A stretch of 64,000 nt of DNA from Dehalococcoidia bacterium (GCA_009377715.1 WHTN01000004.1:4753-68752); one strand, 5' to 3'; shown: positions 16,971 through 25,798, counted from the stretch's first letter. Notes: a model not told the origin generated them from the sequence alone. Numbers and translations: made by a program.

Positions 16971-17010
16971 TATTTATTTAAGAGTTTATGTGCGCATTCC
17001 ACACAGGAAA

Positions 17011-19461
17011 TTACCTCAGCACCACGTTGACCAATCGCCCCGGCACGTAGACAATCCGCTCGATGGAAGCACCACCGACGTGCGGCTGCACCTTCTCGCT
17101 GGTGAGAGCGAGCTGCTTCGCTTGCTCCTCACCGATGTCGACCGGCACGGTCAGGCGGTCGCGCAGACGGCCGTTCACCTGTACCACTAGTGTTACCTCT
17201 TCCTCGCGTGCGAGTTCGGCATCATATTCCGGCCAGGCCTGGGTATGTATCGAATACGGATGTCCGGTGTGTGCCCAAAGCTCTTCCGCGATGTGAGGCG
17301 TCAGCGGCGCGGTGAGCAGCAAGAGCGCATCGGTCGCTTCGTGCCATGCCTCAGTGTCTACAGGGCCGGCGTCGGTCGCCCTGTAGAGATGGTTCGTAAA
17401 TTCCATAAGGGCAGCGAGCGCTGTATTAAAGCGGAACCGTTCGATGTCGTTCGTGACGCGCTTGATCGTCTTGTGCGTGAAGCGCCGTAAATCTCTGGTC
17501 GCAGATTCGTCCGCGCTCGTTATGGACTCGATATGATCCTGTGTTATGTTCCAGACGCGATTCAGCCAGCGCCATATACCGCTAATGCCGTCTAGATTAA
17601 ACGGCCCGCCATCTTCCCAAGGACCGAGGAACATTAGATACGCCCGGAAGGTATCGGCGCCGTACGCGGCCACCTGTTCGTCAGGCGCGACAACGTTGCC
17701 GCGGGACTTGCTCATCCGCTGCCCGTCCGGGCCGAGGATCTGGCCCTGGTTGAATAGCCGTATGAACGGCTCATCGCCGGAAACGAGCCCTAAATCGCGC
17801 ACGACCTTCCAGAAGAAGCGGGCGTAAAGGAGGTGCATAACCGCATGCTCTGCACCGCCGGTGTACTGGTCGACGGGCAGCCACTTCGCCGCTGCGACTG
17901 ATTCGACCGGCCCATTATTGTAATGCGGGCTGGCGTAGCGGATAAAGTACCAGTTCGAGTCCAAGAAGGTGTCGATCGTATCGGTCTCGCGCTTGGCGGG
18001 CTTGCCGCACTGTGGACATATCGTATTGACGAAGCCTCCGTGGCGGGCCAGCGGCGATTCGCCGGTCGGCTTGAATTCTGCATCTTCGGGCAGCAGGACC
18101 GGCAGCTGGTCCTCCGGCACGGCGACGACGCCACAGTCCGGGCAATAGACTATCGGTATCGGACAGCCCCAGTAACGCTGGCGGGAGATGAGCCAGTCCC
18201 GTAAACGGTAGATCGTCGTTCGCCGACCCCAGCCTTGCCGCTCGATGTACTCGGAAACAGCCTGCTTCCCTTCCTCGCTCGGCGTACCGTCGAACTGGCC
18301 GGAGTTGATCATGATCCCGAGATCGACGAACGCCTCGGTGAACTCTTCGCGCTGCCAGTCGGGCGGAGAGATGACCACTTTAATGGGAAGGCCATACTTT
18401 TTGGCGAACTCGAAGTCCCGCTGGTCGTGGGCAGGCACGGCCATGACGCAGCCCGTGCCGTAAGAAAGCAGTACGTAGTCGGCGATGAAGACCGGCACGT
18501 CTTCACCGGACAGCAGGTTCTTGCAGTATGCGCCCGTGAAAACGCCGGTCTTCTCGCGCTCGGTCGAAAGCCGCTCGATCTCAGTAGCGCGCCGACTCTG
18601 TTCTACGTAAGCCTCAACCTCGGACCGGCGGTCAGGTGTAGTCAGCAACGGTACGAGCGGGTGTTCCGGCGCCAGCACCATAAACGTCACGCCGTAGACG
18701 GTGTCCGGGCGCGTCGTGAAGACGCGTATCTCCTTCTCGGAGACGCCAGGTGCATCAATGCCAAACGCTATCTCAGTCCCATAACTCTTGCCGATCCAGT
18801 TGCGTTGCATCGCCATCACGGCGTCCGGCCATTGAAGACCGCTGAAATCGAGTAGTTCGTCGGCGTAACCAGTGATCTTGCCTAGCCACTGCTCGATGTC
18901 ACGCTTGGTCACCACTGTACTGCAGCGCTCGCAAGTGCCGTCCGGCAATACCTGCTCGTTGGCCAGCACGGTCTGGTCTACAGGACACCAGTTTGCTGGA
19001 GCTTTCGCGCGGTAAACGAGGCCTTTCTCGAACATCTTTGTAAAAAACCATTGCGTCCATTTGTAATAATCGGGGAGGCAGGTTATTACCTCGCGACTCC
19101 AATCGAAGCCGGCGCCCATGGTCTTGAGCTGTCCGCGCATCCGCTCGATGTTTTCCATTGTCCAGGTGTAAGGATGGATGCCCCTCTTGATGGCCGCGTT
19201 CTCGGCCGGTAAACCGAACGCATCGAACCCCATGGGCAGCATGACGTTGTGGCCTTTCATCCTCTTGTAGCGGGCATACGTATCGGATGGGGCCATCGCG
19301 TACCAGTGGCCTACGTGCAGGTCGCCGGAGGTGTACGGGAACATCGTGAGGGCGTAGAACTCGGCCCGCGGGTCGTCGTCGCGAGCCCTGTAAATCTCAT
19401 CTTGCTCCCACTGCTGCTGCCACTTTTTTTCGATGGCAGTGGGGTTGTATCTCTCTACCAA
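17011..19461 (-). CDS. leuS: leucyl-tRNA synthetase
   Basis: class I aaRS with HIGH-type (HVGHWY) region; start moved to TTG ~19461 (GAGAGG SD 8 nt upstream, ..ERYNPTAIEKKWQ.. typical N-terminus); ORF-track start 19590 adds a 43-aa AT-rich extension. Confidence 0.9.
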   Translation of the reverse strand: MVERYNPTAIEKKWQQQWEQDEIYRARDDDPRAEFYALTMFPYTSGDLHVGHWYAMAPSDTYARYKRMKGHNVMLPMGFDAFGLPAENAAIKRGIHPYTWTMENIERMRGQLKTMGAGFDWSREVITCLPDYYKWTQWFFTKMFEKGLVYRAKAPANWCPVDQTVLANEQVLPDGTCERCSTVVTKRDIEQWLGKITGYADELLDFSGLQWPDAVMAMQRNWIGKSYGTEIAFGIDAPGVSEKEIRVFTTRPDTVYGVTFMVLAPEHPLVPLLTTPDRRSEVEAYVEQSRRATEIERLSTEREKTGVFTGAYCKNLLSGEDVPVFIADYVLLSYGTGCVMAVPAHDQRDFEFAKKYGLPIKVVISPPDWQREEFTEAFVDLGIMINSGQFDGTPSEEGKQAVSEYIERQGWGRRTTIYRLRDWLISRQRYWGCPIPIVYCPDCGVVAVPEDQLPVLLPEDAEFKPTGESPLARHGGFVNTICPQCGKPAKRETDTIDTFLDSNWYFIRYASPHYNNGPVESVAAAKWLPVDQYTGGAEHAVMHLLYARFFWKVVRDLGLVSGDEPFIRLFNQGQILGPDGQRMSKSRGNVVAPDEQVAAYGADTFRAYLMFLGPWEDGGPFNLDGISGIWRWLNRVWNITQDHIESITSADESATRDLRRFTHKTIKRVTNDIERFRFNTALAALMEFTNHLYRATDAGPVDTEAWHEATDALLLLTAPLTPHIAEELWAHTGHPYSIHTQAWPEYDAELAREEEVTLVVQVNGRLRDRLTVPVDIGEEQAKQLALTSEKVQPHVGGASIERIVYVPGRLVNVVLR

Positions 19462-19504
19462 CCTATTTACCTCTCGCTTCTTTTGCCTACGGCCTCGTTC
19501 GCCT

Positions 19505-19969
19505 TTAGCGAAGTCGATTCTGCATATATCGTACCACTGGCGCCAATCTTTCGTATGCAAAATTATACCGATTATTATCCTCTGCGCCACTGTTACCGAA
19601 TTGAGTTACGTCGTTATGCAATTCGAAAAGTTCGTCGAGAAGAGCTACGAATGCTCCGTCCAAATCGAAGTCATCGATATCGCGAGATTGGGCATTAGCA
19701 TCGTTCAAGGCGTCTCGCTTGACAGCCTCTGGCAGGATGGTGACAACCGCCCTTCGCATGGCGAAGCGGTCGATCTCTGAGCCGGTTGCGCCGACGCGGA
19801 AGCGTTCCTCTAGAATTACGAGCGAGAAGCGGTCGAAGGAGCGCCACAGTTCGAGGAACGCCCGCGGCCAGTCTCCCTGAGCAGCAGAGCTTTGAGCCGC
19901 CTGAAGCATCGTCTGCGCATCGGCCCGCATAAGACTATCTCTTGGGTTCAACACTGATTGTGAGGCCAT
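19505..19969 (-). CDS. hypothetical protein
   Basis: 154-aa ORF upstream of leuS; 3' end runs into AT-rich leader-like DNA so boundaries uncertain. Confidence 0.35.
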   Translation of the reverse strand: MASQSVLNPRDSLMRADAQTMLQAAQSSAAQGDWPRAFLELWRSFDRFSLVILEERFRVGATGSEIDRFAMRRAVVTILPEAVKRDALNDANAQSRDIDDFDLDGAFVALLDELFELHNDVTQFGNSGAEDNNRYNFAYERLAPVVRYMQNRLR

Positions 19970-20038
19970 AAGGCTCCGACATTTTAATGCGCGTCTTCTT
20001 AAGCTTATACCATTGCTATTTAAGAGACCATTTTAAAG

Positions 20039-20069
20039 TTTGACAGTCGGTACAAAGGCCACTTAAAAT
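20039..20069 (+). promoter_or_regulatory. candidate promoter of tRNA-Asp
   Basis: TTGACA (20039-20044), 19-nt spacer, TAAAAT (20064-20069), ~12 nt before the tRNA. Confidence 0.3.
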
Positions 20070-20081
20070 TAGGAACGAAGC

Positions 20082-20158
20082 GGCCCCGTGGTGTAGTGGC
20101 CTAACATATCTCCCTGTCACGGAGAAGATCGTGGGTTCGAATCCCATCGGGGTCGCCA
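20082..20158 (+). tRNA. tRNA-Asp (anticodon GTC)
   Basis: cloverleaf folded by hand: acceptor GGCCCCG/CGGGGTC, U8, D stem GTGT/ACAT, anticodon stem TCTCC/GGAGA with loop CTGTCAC, T stem GTGGG/CCCAT with TTCGAAT loop, G73, encoded CCA; followed by T-run. Confidence 0.85.
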
Positions 20159-20280
20159 CTCTTTTTGTATTTAGATATTCCAAAGAAGCTACTCTAAGTT
20201 TGACGGACCAAGCGATGGCCAGGTCGGGCCAAAGTCTGAGCTTGATGGTTCGTCGGTCCTTCCGATTAAACCACCACGGC

Positions 20281-20913
20281 AGGCCGAGCCTATAAGCGAT
20301 ATCGCCGTGATCGGCGCCGGCTACGTGGGACTGGCGACAGCCGTGATGATGAGCGCCTGGGGGCACAGAGTACAGTGCTTCGATAGGGATCAGGCGAAAG
20401 TGAACCTACTCGACGCCGGCTTCTGCCCGATCGTTGAGCCTCGACTGCCTGATTTTGCTACGCGATCAGCTCGATACGGGGCGCTTGACTTTTAGCTCTA
20501 GAATCGACGTGAGCAACGCCCAGGTGGTCTTCGTATGCGTCGGTACACCCCCAAACGATGAGGGTGGTGCACACCTCGCTGACCTATTCGAAGCGGTTGA
20601 AGCGATCGGCAAGACGATGCAGCCCGGCCTGACTGTCGTTGTAAAAAGCACGGTCCCCGCTGGGACGTGCGATCGCGTGGAGGGGCTGCTGGCGCAGTAC
20701 GCTACGCCGGACTCATTCTCCGTCCTCTCGAATCCAGAGTCCCTGCGTCAGGGCAGCATCATCGACGACACCGAGCAGCCCGACCGCATCGTGATCGGTG
20801 CGCGGGACCGAGAGGATGCGGAAGTGTTGGCGCGCATATACGAGCCTGCTCGATCGGATCGGCGCGAGCTGCGGCGATCCTTCAACCATCCCTATTCGTA
20901 TCTAGGTCTGTAG
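20281..20913 (+). pseudogene. UDP-glucose/GDP-mannose 6-dehydrogenase family, N-terminal NAD-binding fragment only, frameshifted and truncated
   Basis: ..DIAVIGAGYVGLATAVMMSAWGHRVQCFDRDQAKVNLLD.. Rossmann region with no ATG; split into two overlapping ORFs; central and C-terminal domains absent. Confidence 0.7.
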
Positions 20914-21042
20914 TCACTCGCGGTTTTGTTTGTCCGCTTTAACTTCCTCAATAAACATGCCCGGTTCTCTTGCTTTCTAACGGCCAGCCGTTAGTATCAA
21001 TAATAAGAGTGATCTCAATCAAAGCTTAGCAGGAGTAGAGGG

Positions 21043-21258
21043 ATGTGTCGCAGTATTAAGAGACTACGCAATAGCAGTGGACGGGCGAATGAGGAAGAGA
21101 TCGAAGCCGCAGCCCTCCAATTCGTGCGGAAGGTGAGCGGCTACTCAAAGCCATCGAAAGCCAACGAGGAAGCCTTCAATCTCGCCGTGAACAAGATCGC
21201 GGCGGAATCGCGGCAGCTCCTGGACTCGCTGGAGACGCGTACGGCGCCTCACGAGTGA
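21043..21258 (+). CDS. small conserved hypothetical protein (DUF2277-like)
   Basis: 71-aa ORF MCRSIKRLRN...AALQFVRKVSGYSKPSKANEEAFN..; family assignment from memory. Confidence 0.45.
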   Translation: MCRSIKRLRNSSGRANEEEIEAAALQFVRKVSGYSKPSKANEEAFNLAVNKIAAESRQLLDSLETRTAPHE

Positions 21259-21321
21259 TTATTGATAACCAAAAAAGCTAAGCGCGATGACTAGGAACGT
21301 GCGCGTTCGGAAAGCACCATG

Positions 21322-21666
21322 TCATTTCCTGGTATGGTCGCCTTCCCTCATGATCGTATCTGCATGCTGCCCGCAAAATGACACGATAGTGCCGTCATCC
21401 ATCTCGATTACGATATCTTGTGAGTAAGGCCGACTACATACCACACGCCGAGCGGAAACGATCCGCTTGCTAATGATGCTCTCGACCAGACGCGAGGTCT
21501 CGGTGTCAGCTTTCCATCGTTCCGCTGTAGTAGGCGTGTGGGAACCGGATTCGCCCACGTTACGGTTGCAAACGGTACAAAACACCCGGTTGCTTGGCCC
21601 TTTCCACTCTTTGCGTACTGGCTGCTCTTTGCCACAATGGGCACAAAACCAGATTTCTCCAGCCAT
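21322..21666 (-). CDS. hypothetical zinc-ribbon protein
   Basis: CAHCG...CTVCN motifs; competes with overlapping ORF 21408..21731. Confidence 0.35.
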   Translation of the reverse strand: MAGEIWFCAHCGKEQPVRKEWKGPSNRVFCTVCNRNVGESGSHTPTTAERWKADTETSRLVESIISKRIVSARRVVCSRPYSQDIVIEMDDGTIVSFCGQHADTIMREGDHTRK

Positions 21667-22049
21667 TGCTTACTCCTTCTGAGTTCCGTCTGTCGAACGT
21701 GGCTCCCGACCCGTGCCATGCGGGGTATCACTTCGGGCGCTTGATGAACATGATCTGCTTCTTGTACTTTTCTGGTAAATGTTCACTGCAATAGTAATGT
21801 CTGCTGGTCGCCAGGCGTATCGAATATTTCGGCGACGTGGTACATGCGGGGCTGCGAGTTTCTCCGCCCTCGCAACGATTCTTACCCGGCAAGGCACTAT
21901 CGTCGATCGCACATGTGCCTAGGCTCGGATAATCGGCGTCTACAAGAACCTCATACACAGCCATGGGTTACGTGTTACAACGGAATCGCCCAGCGCCAGA
22001 GGCAGCGGAGGGAGAGTTTAACCGTTTGGTAACTGGCACACCACCCACC

Positions 22050-22298
22050 TTAAGCTTTGCTGTTGATTAGTGAAACAGCTTCTGCGGCACCAACTTGTCC
22101 ATCGCCAGGTGAAGTGTCATCTTTGTACCAGCCAGCAATGGCCGTATGCAAAAAGTGGCCCACTTCAGCGTTGTCCTTTTTAACGATTAGCGCCTGATAG
22201 GACGGTAACCCGTAAGAGTCGCTCTTTGCGACTCCCCAGTAAGCGTCGTCTGCGTCGATTCTGATTTGGAAACCATCACTAAGGTATATATTGATCAT
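22050..22298 (-). CDS. hypothetical protein
   Basis: 82-aa ORF, no recognisable motif. Confidence 0.3.
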   Translation of the reverse strand: MINIYLSDGFQIRIDADDAYWGVAKSDSYGLPSYQALIVKKDNAEVGHFLHTAIAGWYKDDTSPGDGQVGAAEAVSLINSKA

Positions 22299-22342
22299 CC
22301 TCTACTCCTCCCGAGCTTCTAAACGGCTTTGCATCTCCAATG

Positions 22343-23014
22343 CTATAGCATTTCGTGAGACGAAATCTCCTTCACTCCGGGCCGGCCGGCGGCGATACTT
22401 CGAGCCACAGCCATTTGCTGTTCGCTTGCCTCCAGCCCTCTGAGGCGGACCGCGCCGTTGAACGATCGTACATGTATTCGCGCCCCATGCATGCCCGGAT
22501 CTTTGCCGATAGCGACGGCCACATCGCTTTCGATCTCCGTATCGCTTAGCATCTCATTGCGAACATCCATGACGCCTTTAACGCGTCGAGTAACAGCTTC
22601 GGCCATCCACTTATGCGACGAAGAAGCCATACTGCCTTGTAAGCGAACAACGCCATCCGTAACTTCAACCCTCATCTTGTCAACTTGGCCGAGAGCACGT
22701 AACTGTTCGACCCCTCTCAGCGCCCCGCGAACGTCCGACTTAATCTCTTCGTCAGTCCTGTATGCTGGCAACTTTTTGAGTTCTTTCATGTTGATGTTTA
22801 ATAGGACCACGCGGTCCGCTACACGGTTAATGAGACTTATGGGAAGCCTGATGTACTTAGAAAAAGGCAGGCCCCTGCGGATGATGATCCCGCTAATATC
22901 CGGGCTACCCTGAGCCCGCACAAAACCGCTTACAACGCCCGCGTAAGCATCGCGGCATTCTACACGCGTACCGACATTTATGTCGGTCTTCAATGCCGTA
23001 TCCATAATAGTCAT
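22343..23014 (-). CDS. PRC-barrel + tandem BON-domain protein (osmotic/envelope-stress type)
   Basis: two BON-like segments ..VRLQGSMASSSHKWMAEAV.. and ..VRLRGLEASEQQMAVARSIA..; start at internal Met assumed. Confidence 0.55.
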   Translation of the reverse strand: MTIMDTALKTDINVGTRVECRDAYAGVVSGFVRAQGSPDISGIIIRRGLPFSKYIRLPISLINRVADRVVLLNINMKELKKLPAYRTDEEIKSDVRGALRGVEQLRALGQVDKMRVEVTDGVVRLQGSMASSSHKWMAEAVTRRVKGVMDVRNEMLSDTEIESDVAVAIGKDPGMHGARIHVRSFNGAVRLRGLEASEQQMAVARSIAAGRPGVKEISSHEML

Positions 23015-23526
23015 AGGTTCTACCTCCAAGATAAGCACCCTAGCGTTGGGCCAGGCGATCTAAAATACATAATTGCAAGATGATCCGGGCTAATCGCCCG
23101 GCCCCTGCTGGTATAACGTCTTCTTTAATTCAGGAATCTGAAGATTGCTTGTCGGCCTCGTCAACTCCGGTTTGCCTCAGCAAAATCGCAATCAGAACTT
23201 CAAGAGTCCCTCGAACATTCAACGAAAACGTATCTTTGGCACAAGTGATTTTGTCCGAGTACCTGCGTGGTGAATGCCATGCTCGACGGAACGATGAAGT
23301 CCTGGTGTTACACACGTGTAATACACGCTTACCGCCATGAGCCCTCCTTTCCGAGCAGCAAAGGCGGCATCTCGATCCCGAGGGGAATTGGGGTGAGGCC
23401 TCTGCAAGGGTGCGTTTCCAGCATACCATTTCCTTGGTCTTAATTCTACAGACGGATGAGGCCGCCCTAATCGCACCGGCTTCCATCTTAGGCGTCGATT
23501 TACAGACCCATGCGATGCTGTCACTT

Positions 23527-23576
23527 GTAAAGCAAGGGTGGGGAGACGAATCGTCTCCCCACCCTTGCTTTACAGC
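23527..23576. repeat. long perfect hairpin (23-bp stem TGTAAAGCAAGGGTGGGGAGACG, 2-nt loop) followed by T-rich tract
   Basis: read directly; just downstream (minus strand) of the RRM / zinc-finger gene pair. Confidence 0.6.
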
Positions 23577-23596
23577 GTTTTCCTTAGGCTAGGTGA

Positions 23597-23785
23597 CTAC
23601 GACTGCGTACGCCGTTTACTAGCCACCGTCCAAGCTTCGTAGGTGTTGCTGTTGTGGAACTCTTTAATCGCTCCACAGTATCGACAGGTGCCCTCGCTCA
23701 CATAGCCCTTAGGGGGCTGAATGTCCCAGTAATGCCGGCATGCGGCTTCATCAGAACAGGCGGGGCTACTGTCGTTTTCTACCAT
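23597..23785 (-). CDS. small Cys-rich (zinc-finger-like) hypothetical protein
   Basis: 62-aa ORF with C..C...CRYC pattern. Confidence 0.3.
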   Translation of the reverse strand: MVENDSSPACSDEAACRHYWDIQPPKGYVSEGTCRYCGAIKEFHNSNTYEAWTVASKRRTQS

Positions 23786-24129
23786 CTACGACTTCCGCCG
23801 CCGGAGCGACCTCCACCATAACCATCGCCCCCGCCGCCATAGCTGCGCTGACCGGAAGAAGCACGGTTCTCCTGCGGACGGGCTTCTTGCACCGTAATAG
23901 TCCGACTTCCGAATGACTTGCCGTTCAGTTCTTGAATGGCTTTATCAGCCTGGTCCTGGCTCGCCATTTCGACGAAGCCGAAGCCCTTCGATCTGCCGCT
24001 ATACTTATCGTTTATTACGCTCGCCGATACTACCTCACCAGCCGACGCGAACCAATCGCGAAGGTCGCCGTCTGAGGTTTCGTAGGACAAATTGCCTACA
24101 TAGAGTTTGGTTGCCAATGGTGCCTCCAA
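23779..24129 (-). CDS. RRM-type RNA-binding protein with Gly-rich tail (cold-shock Rbp-like)
   Basis: RNP2 LYVGNL and RNP1 KGFGFVEM; C-terminal GGGDGYGGGRSGGG. Confidence 0.8.
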   Translation of the reverse strand: MEAPLATKLYVGNLSYETSDGDLRDWFASAGEVVSASVINDKYSGRSKGFGFVEMASQDQADKAIQELNGKSFGSRTITVQEARPQENRASSGQRSYGGGGDGYGGGRSGGGSRRW

Positions 24130-24311
24130 ATATATCGCCCATTATGTGGGGATAGCTACCCTTCCCGTTTTATGCTGCCTACGAAGGGGGAAAGGGGTCG
24201 CCTAAGGAGACAGTGCGTACGCTACGCTTATAGTATAGCACATGTACGCTACAAAAGCGTCGCTTAGACAGCCAAACCGTAAGAAAACTTCGTAAGTATA
24301 CTGATACAACG

Positions 24312-24959
24312 ATGGAGAAAATCGCTGATGTCCACTTGCGGCCACAACTAGGGGGCTTATCCCATCTCGGCGCGGCTATTGCGGTGACCGCCGGGACGCC
24401 CATATTGTTCATTGCAGCGGAATCTCCCCAAGAGTATGTCAGTGCAACGGTATTTGGAGCGAGCCTAGTACTTGTTTACTGGACGAGCGCGGCCTATCAT
24501 CTCGTGGCCGGCACGCCGTTCCTCCGAAGAACCCTTGATCGGCTGGACGACTCGATGGTGCTAGTGTTAATAGGCGGCACTTATACTCCCTTCTGTCTCC
24601 TCGTGCTCAATATGGCCTGGGGTATAAGCTTGCTGGCGCTCATCTGGACTGCCGTAGGTATCGGCGTCGTGATCAATCTTATCTATCCCGTGCGCCCGAA
24701 CTGGTTCCGTCTGGCGTTTTACGTCCTGTTGGGCTGGCTGGCTTTGGTGCCGGCAAACGAACTCGCGAATGCACTCTCAGCAGTCCCTTTGGTAATGTTA
24801 GTCTGGGGCGGAGTGGCGTATACGCTCGGCGGTGTTATATATGCCGTCGGAAAGCCCAACCCGTGGCCACAGACGTTCGGCTATTTGGAGATCTTCCACA
24901 TCTTTGTGATAGCCGGAAGCGCTTTGCATCACTCATTAGCAGCCCTCTATGTGCTTTAG
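24312..24959 (+). CDS. hemolysin III / PAQR-family membrane protein
   Basis: 7-TM pattern with conserved His-rich ends (..HLGAA.. / ..HIFVIAGSALHH..). Confidence 0.8.
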   Translation: MEKIADVHLRPQLGGLSHLGAAIAVTAGTPILFIAAESPQEYVSATVFGASLVLVYWTSAAYHLVAGTPFLRRTLDRLDDSMVLVLIGGTYTPFCLLVLNMAWGISLLALIWTAVGIGVVINLIYPVRPNWFRLAFYVLLGWLALVPANELANALSAVPLVMLVWGGVAYTLGGVIYAVGKPNPWPQTFGYLEIFHIFVIAGSALHHSLAALYVL

Positions 24960-25045
24960 CCCTTCGATACGACACTACGTTAAGCGAGAGTTTTATGCGC
25001 TGACATAGGGCAGTATGTTAGACGCAAATTACGGTGACCGTAAAT

Positions 25046-25700
25046 TTATGCCTCTTGCTGTGTCAAAGCGACCAACTGCTCGAACTGTTCGTGATTGGGG
25101 CCGACAAACGGCTCGGCGGCGGGGACAGAAGCAAGCACCTTCAAAAACTGCTCCGTGACACCTCTCGCTGGAGGCAAATGCGAAGAAAGGATGATCTTGG
25201 GATCGATCTGCCTTACACGCTCCAGCCCTACCGCAAACTTGGCCTCATCGGTTAAGGGGCCCAAGGCGAATCGGAAGTCGCCCAGCCGAGCATGCCACCA
25301 GCCAGCGCAGCTTCGGGGATTTCCGTCGCATCTTCCGCTGGCTCGCGCAATAAAGCGCCGAAGGCATCTGCAGAAAACAACGCGCCGGATTTCTCATCGT
25401 AAAGGGCCGCAGTTAGCAGGTTATCGAAGAGGGGTGGCCTGAGCGCCGAAAGTTTGCGGTCTCCTACATCGACCGTATCCCCAGGATTAATGGCGTACAC
25501 CCTATCCATCGGCAAAGGCCACCACGTCGCCATTCTTAAGGCGCAGAAGGCATTCGTAATGAGTCGGGCCTGCGGAGCGATCTCCATAACCGCCTGGATG
25601 TTCCCCGTGTGGTCAGCATCGTCATGAATCCCTCATGGGGGATCTCCAAATAGCCAGGGATGACCGTGATTTCATCAGTTGCCTTGAAAGGCTTTTCCAT
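25046..25700 (-). pseudogene. MBL-fold metallo-hydrolase (possibly flavodiiron-type, H-x-D-x-D-H motif), split into three frames
   Basis: MEKPFKATDEITVIPGYLEIP.. then FHDDADHTGN in another frame after a C5 run; further shift at ~25252-25264 (GGGGCCC). Confidence 0.5.
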
Positions 25701-25798
25701 TTATATTGCTCTTTTCCAGTCTCTTAGTCTTTAAGGATTATCACTAAGAATATAGCTCTATTGCTCAACCATACAGGGCCTGGTGACAAATTTACCCC

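Noticed and set aside
19462-19700. T-box riboswitch leader for leuS
   Set aside because: Only a GTGGTAC fragment resembles the T-box core. No specifier-loop or antiterminator geometry could be built by hand. A covariance-model scan would be needed.
21408-21731. 107-aa ORF overlapping the zinc-ribbon ORF
   Set aside because: This alternative frame has no motifs. The CxxC...CxxC frame (21322..21666) was preferred, itself at low confidence.
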